Assembly (NCBI GenBank): GCA_965246885.1
Contig: OZ251992.1
Location: 544,001 to 608,000, forward strand
Reading direction: 5' to 3'
Source: Abditibacterium sp.
Lineage (GTDB): Bacteria; Armatimonadota; Abditibacteriia; Abditibacteriales; Abditibacteriaceae
Length of the DNA: 64,000 bases
A program made the position numbers and the translations under genes. The number at the start of each line of letters is the position of its first letter. The stretch's first letter is position 1. The notes under the pieces are model-generated. The model saw only the letters and a list, made by a program, of their open reading frames with translations. It was not told the DNA's origin and searched no databases. Positions 62,175 through 64,000 of the stretch are shown here, piece after piece.

Positions 62175-64000
62175 TTACTTCGCCGGGTTTTGGTCGCCGT
62201 CCACCCATGCGGTGCGGGTGTAGTCGGACGCGGCGGCGGCTTGGTTGAAAGCGCGTAGGCGGTAGGCGTAGGAGTGACCTGCTTGGGCTTTGGCGTCCGT
62301 CCAACTGGTGGCTTTGGTTTGCGCGGCGACGCTCCACTCGCCCCAGCCGTTCGGCGTGTGTTCCATGCGCTCGATTTTATATCCGATGGCGCCTGCACTG
62401 GGCTTCCACCCCAGAACTGCGCCGGTTGCCTTGAACTCTTCGGGGGGTTCGGGCGCGTCGGTCACGGAGGGTTTCCAGCGCAGCATAACGACGCCGTTGT
62501 TGGTGTAGTTGGTTTGGAAGATCAGATACTCGCCGTTTTTGCGGGGCAAAACGCGCAGTTCGTTGGGGCCGTCGTAGATGGGCGCGGTGCCCTGTTCGCC
62601 GACGATGGTGGTGCCGACGTAGCTCAAGTCGCTTTTGCGATAAACGCGGTTGACCATGTGCTTGAAGTAGCCCACGAACAGGTAATCGCCGCCCAGAGTC
62701 ACGAGATATGGCTGGTCGTCCGGTTCGCCGGAAATGCCCTTGTCACCGTAAGGCAAGGCGAGTTCGTCTATTTTGTCGAGGCTGTTGCCGTTGACTTTGT
62801 ACCTCACGAGCAAGCGACCGCTTGGCGCGTTCTGGCCGAGGGTGTTGGGATAGTCGTTGTTGAAGCCGAAGCAATACAGCGTGTTGCTCGCGCGGTCGTA
62901 GACGAGGCGCTTGATGGAGCCGAAGCCGCCATAGGCTTTGCTACTGGCGTTTGGGGTATCGAAGGGCGCGGGCACTTTCCACTCGTGGTTGCGCGGCGAG
63001 TTCCAGCCCCAATGCGGGTTGCCGTGCGCGTCGAGCTTGGAGGGCGCCAGCATCCGTATCTTTTGCGCGCCCTCATCGAACAGCCAGAAGTTGCCCGCGT
63101 CGTCGAAGTTGGACGCCATCAGCCAAAGCGACGGCTCGGAGTCGTATTCGTTCGCGTCCATCTTGCCATCGCCGTTGAGGTCGTTCCAAATCCAGTGGCC
63201 ACCTTCGATAGGTTGATTGGGTGGGCCGAGGGCGTTGCCGGATAGGTAACGAAACGCGGCGACGGGCTTCCAGATGTTGCCATCGGTCGCCGGGTCATTG
63301 CGGTATACGCCATAGCTGCTTTGGCCCGCGTCCGATTCGAGGAAAAACTGGCGCCCGCCAATGGTGCAGACGCCCTGAATCCGCATAGCCAAACCCGTCA
63401 AGCGCGGGTCGTGCGGATACTTTTGTCCGTCTATTGTCGTGGCGGCGATCTTCCACTCATTGCCCGCCAACTTGGAATAGTTCATCGAGAAGCGGTAGTT
63501 CTCGGTCAAGACCTGCGTCTCGTCCTGCGGAAGGGGAAGGGCAGTGTCGAAGGTGGTGACGCCTTGCAGTTGCCAGCGCAGCTTGCCAGCCGGGGTATAG
63601 GACTCGATGCGCGAGCCACTCACGCCCGACTGCCCGACCATCGCCACATACAGGTTGCCCGCGCCGTCCGTCCCGATGTCGCGCACCGTGTCGAAGCGGA
63701 GCGGCCCAAACTGGCCCTTTTGCGCGGCAGATCCCGCGAAGATGCCGCCGCGTTCGCCAAAGCGTCCGCCTTGGCCAAAGGAGGCATCGAGTTGCGGCGT
63801 TCCGTCGAGGTGGTTGTAAGCGAGCACTTGCTGGTCGGCGCCGTAGTGGGACACGAGCAAACGGTCGTGCGCGCCGTCGTAAGCGATACCCGACGGCTGC
63901 TCGACATCGGAAATTGCGGCGGGGAGCTTACGGCCATCGGGCGAAAAGCAGACGATTCGCCCCGGCTCGTTGCTGACGGCGTAGGCATATAGGCCACTGA
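62175..64000 (-). CDS. Large beta-propeller (NHL-like) protein with C-terminal FN3-like domain; 5' end outside window
   Basis: Frame is open from 63998; D.AGNLYV and PSGIAYD NHL-like units; C-terminal P.PP.....L.W......GY.IER....WTD......Y.YR.RAFN. Confidence 0.72.
   Translation of the reverse strand, partial: SGLYAYAVSNEPGRIVCFSPDGRKLPAAISDVEQPSGIAYDGAHDRLLVSHYGADQQVLAYNHLDGTPQLDASFGQGGRFGERGGIFAGSAAQKGQFGPLRFDTVRDIGTDGAGNLYVAMVGQSGVSGSRIESYTPAGKLRWQLQGVTTFDTALPLPQDETQVLTENYRFSMNYSKLAGNEWKIAATTIDGQKYPHDPRLTGLAMRIQGVCTIGGRQFFLESDAGQSSYGVYRNDPATDGNIWKPVAAFRYLSGNALGPPNQPIEGGHWIWNDLNGDGKMDANEYDSEPSLWLMASNFDDAGNFWLFDEGAQKIRMLAPSKLDAHGNPHWGWNSPRNHEWKVPAPFDTPNASSKAYGGFGSIKRLVYDRASNTLYCFGFNNDYPNTLGQNAPSGRLLVRYKVNGNSLDKIDELALPYGDKGISGEPDDQPYLVTLGGDYLFVGYFKHMVNRVYRKSDLSYVGTTIVGEQGTAPIYDGPNELRVLPRKNGEYLIFQTNYTNNGVVMLRWKPSVTDAPEPPEEFKATGAVLGWKPSAGAIGYKIERMEHTPNGWGEWSVAAQTKATSWTDAKAQAGHSYAYRLRAFNQAAAASDYTRTAWVDGDQNPAK

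Overview
High-GC bacterial chromosomal window around dnaA/rpmH, probably the origin-proximal region. The three prepilin-type DUF1559/H-X9-DG genes and the Firmicutes-like housekeeping gene order suggest Abditibacteriota/Armatimonadota; this assignment is inference. Housekeeping content: recN (5' end), GAF/HD-GYP, nadK, TPR protein, dxs, ispA, xseB, xseA, dnaA, rpmH, cyclophilin, mfd, xylB, mnmA, hrcA, grpE, dnaJ, a WecA-like transferase, ftsQ-DUF881-sbp-ftsA, a DUF4129-DUF4350-MoxR cassette, cdsA, glgP and ppk1. Accessory content: (1) a PUL-like LacI-GH5-DUF1559-GH5-GH44 / GH2 locus whose promoter motif recurs at exact spacing before all three DUF1559 genes; (2) a solitary Y1/HUH transposase next to a cloverleaf REPIN-like element, with structurally similar copies elsewhere; (3) many other intergenic palindromes; (4) several 21-bp-period tandem arrays, one inside a CDS. 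DnaA has an unusual RDYTTV signature and the nearby boxes are non-canonical. Several canonical operons lack their usual next gene (dnaN, rnpA, dnaK, ftsZ, DUF58). No rRNA, tRNA or CRISPR array was recognised. All calls were made by eye without database searches, and several start codons are estimates.
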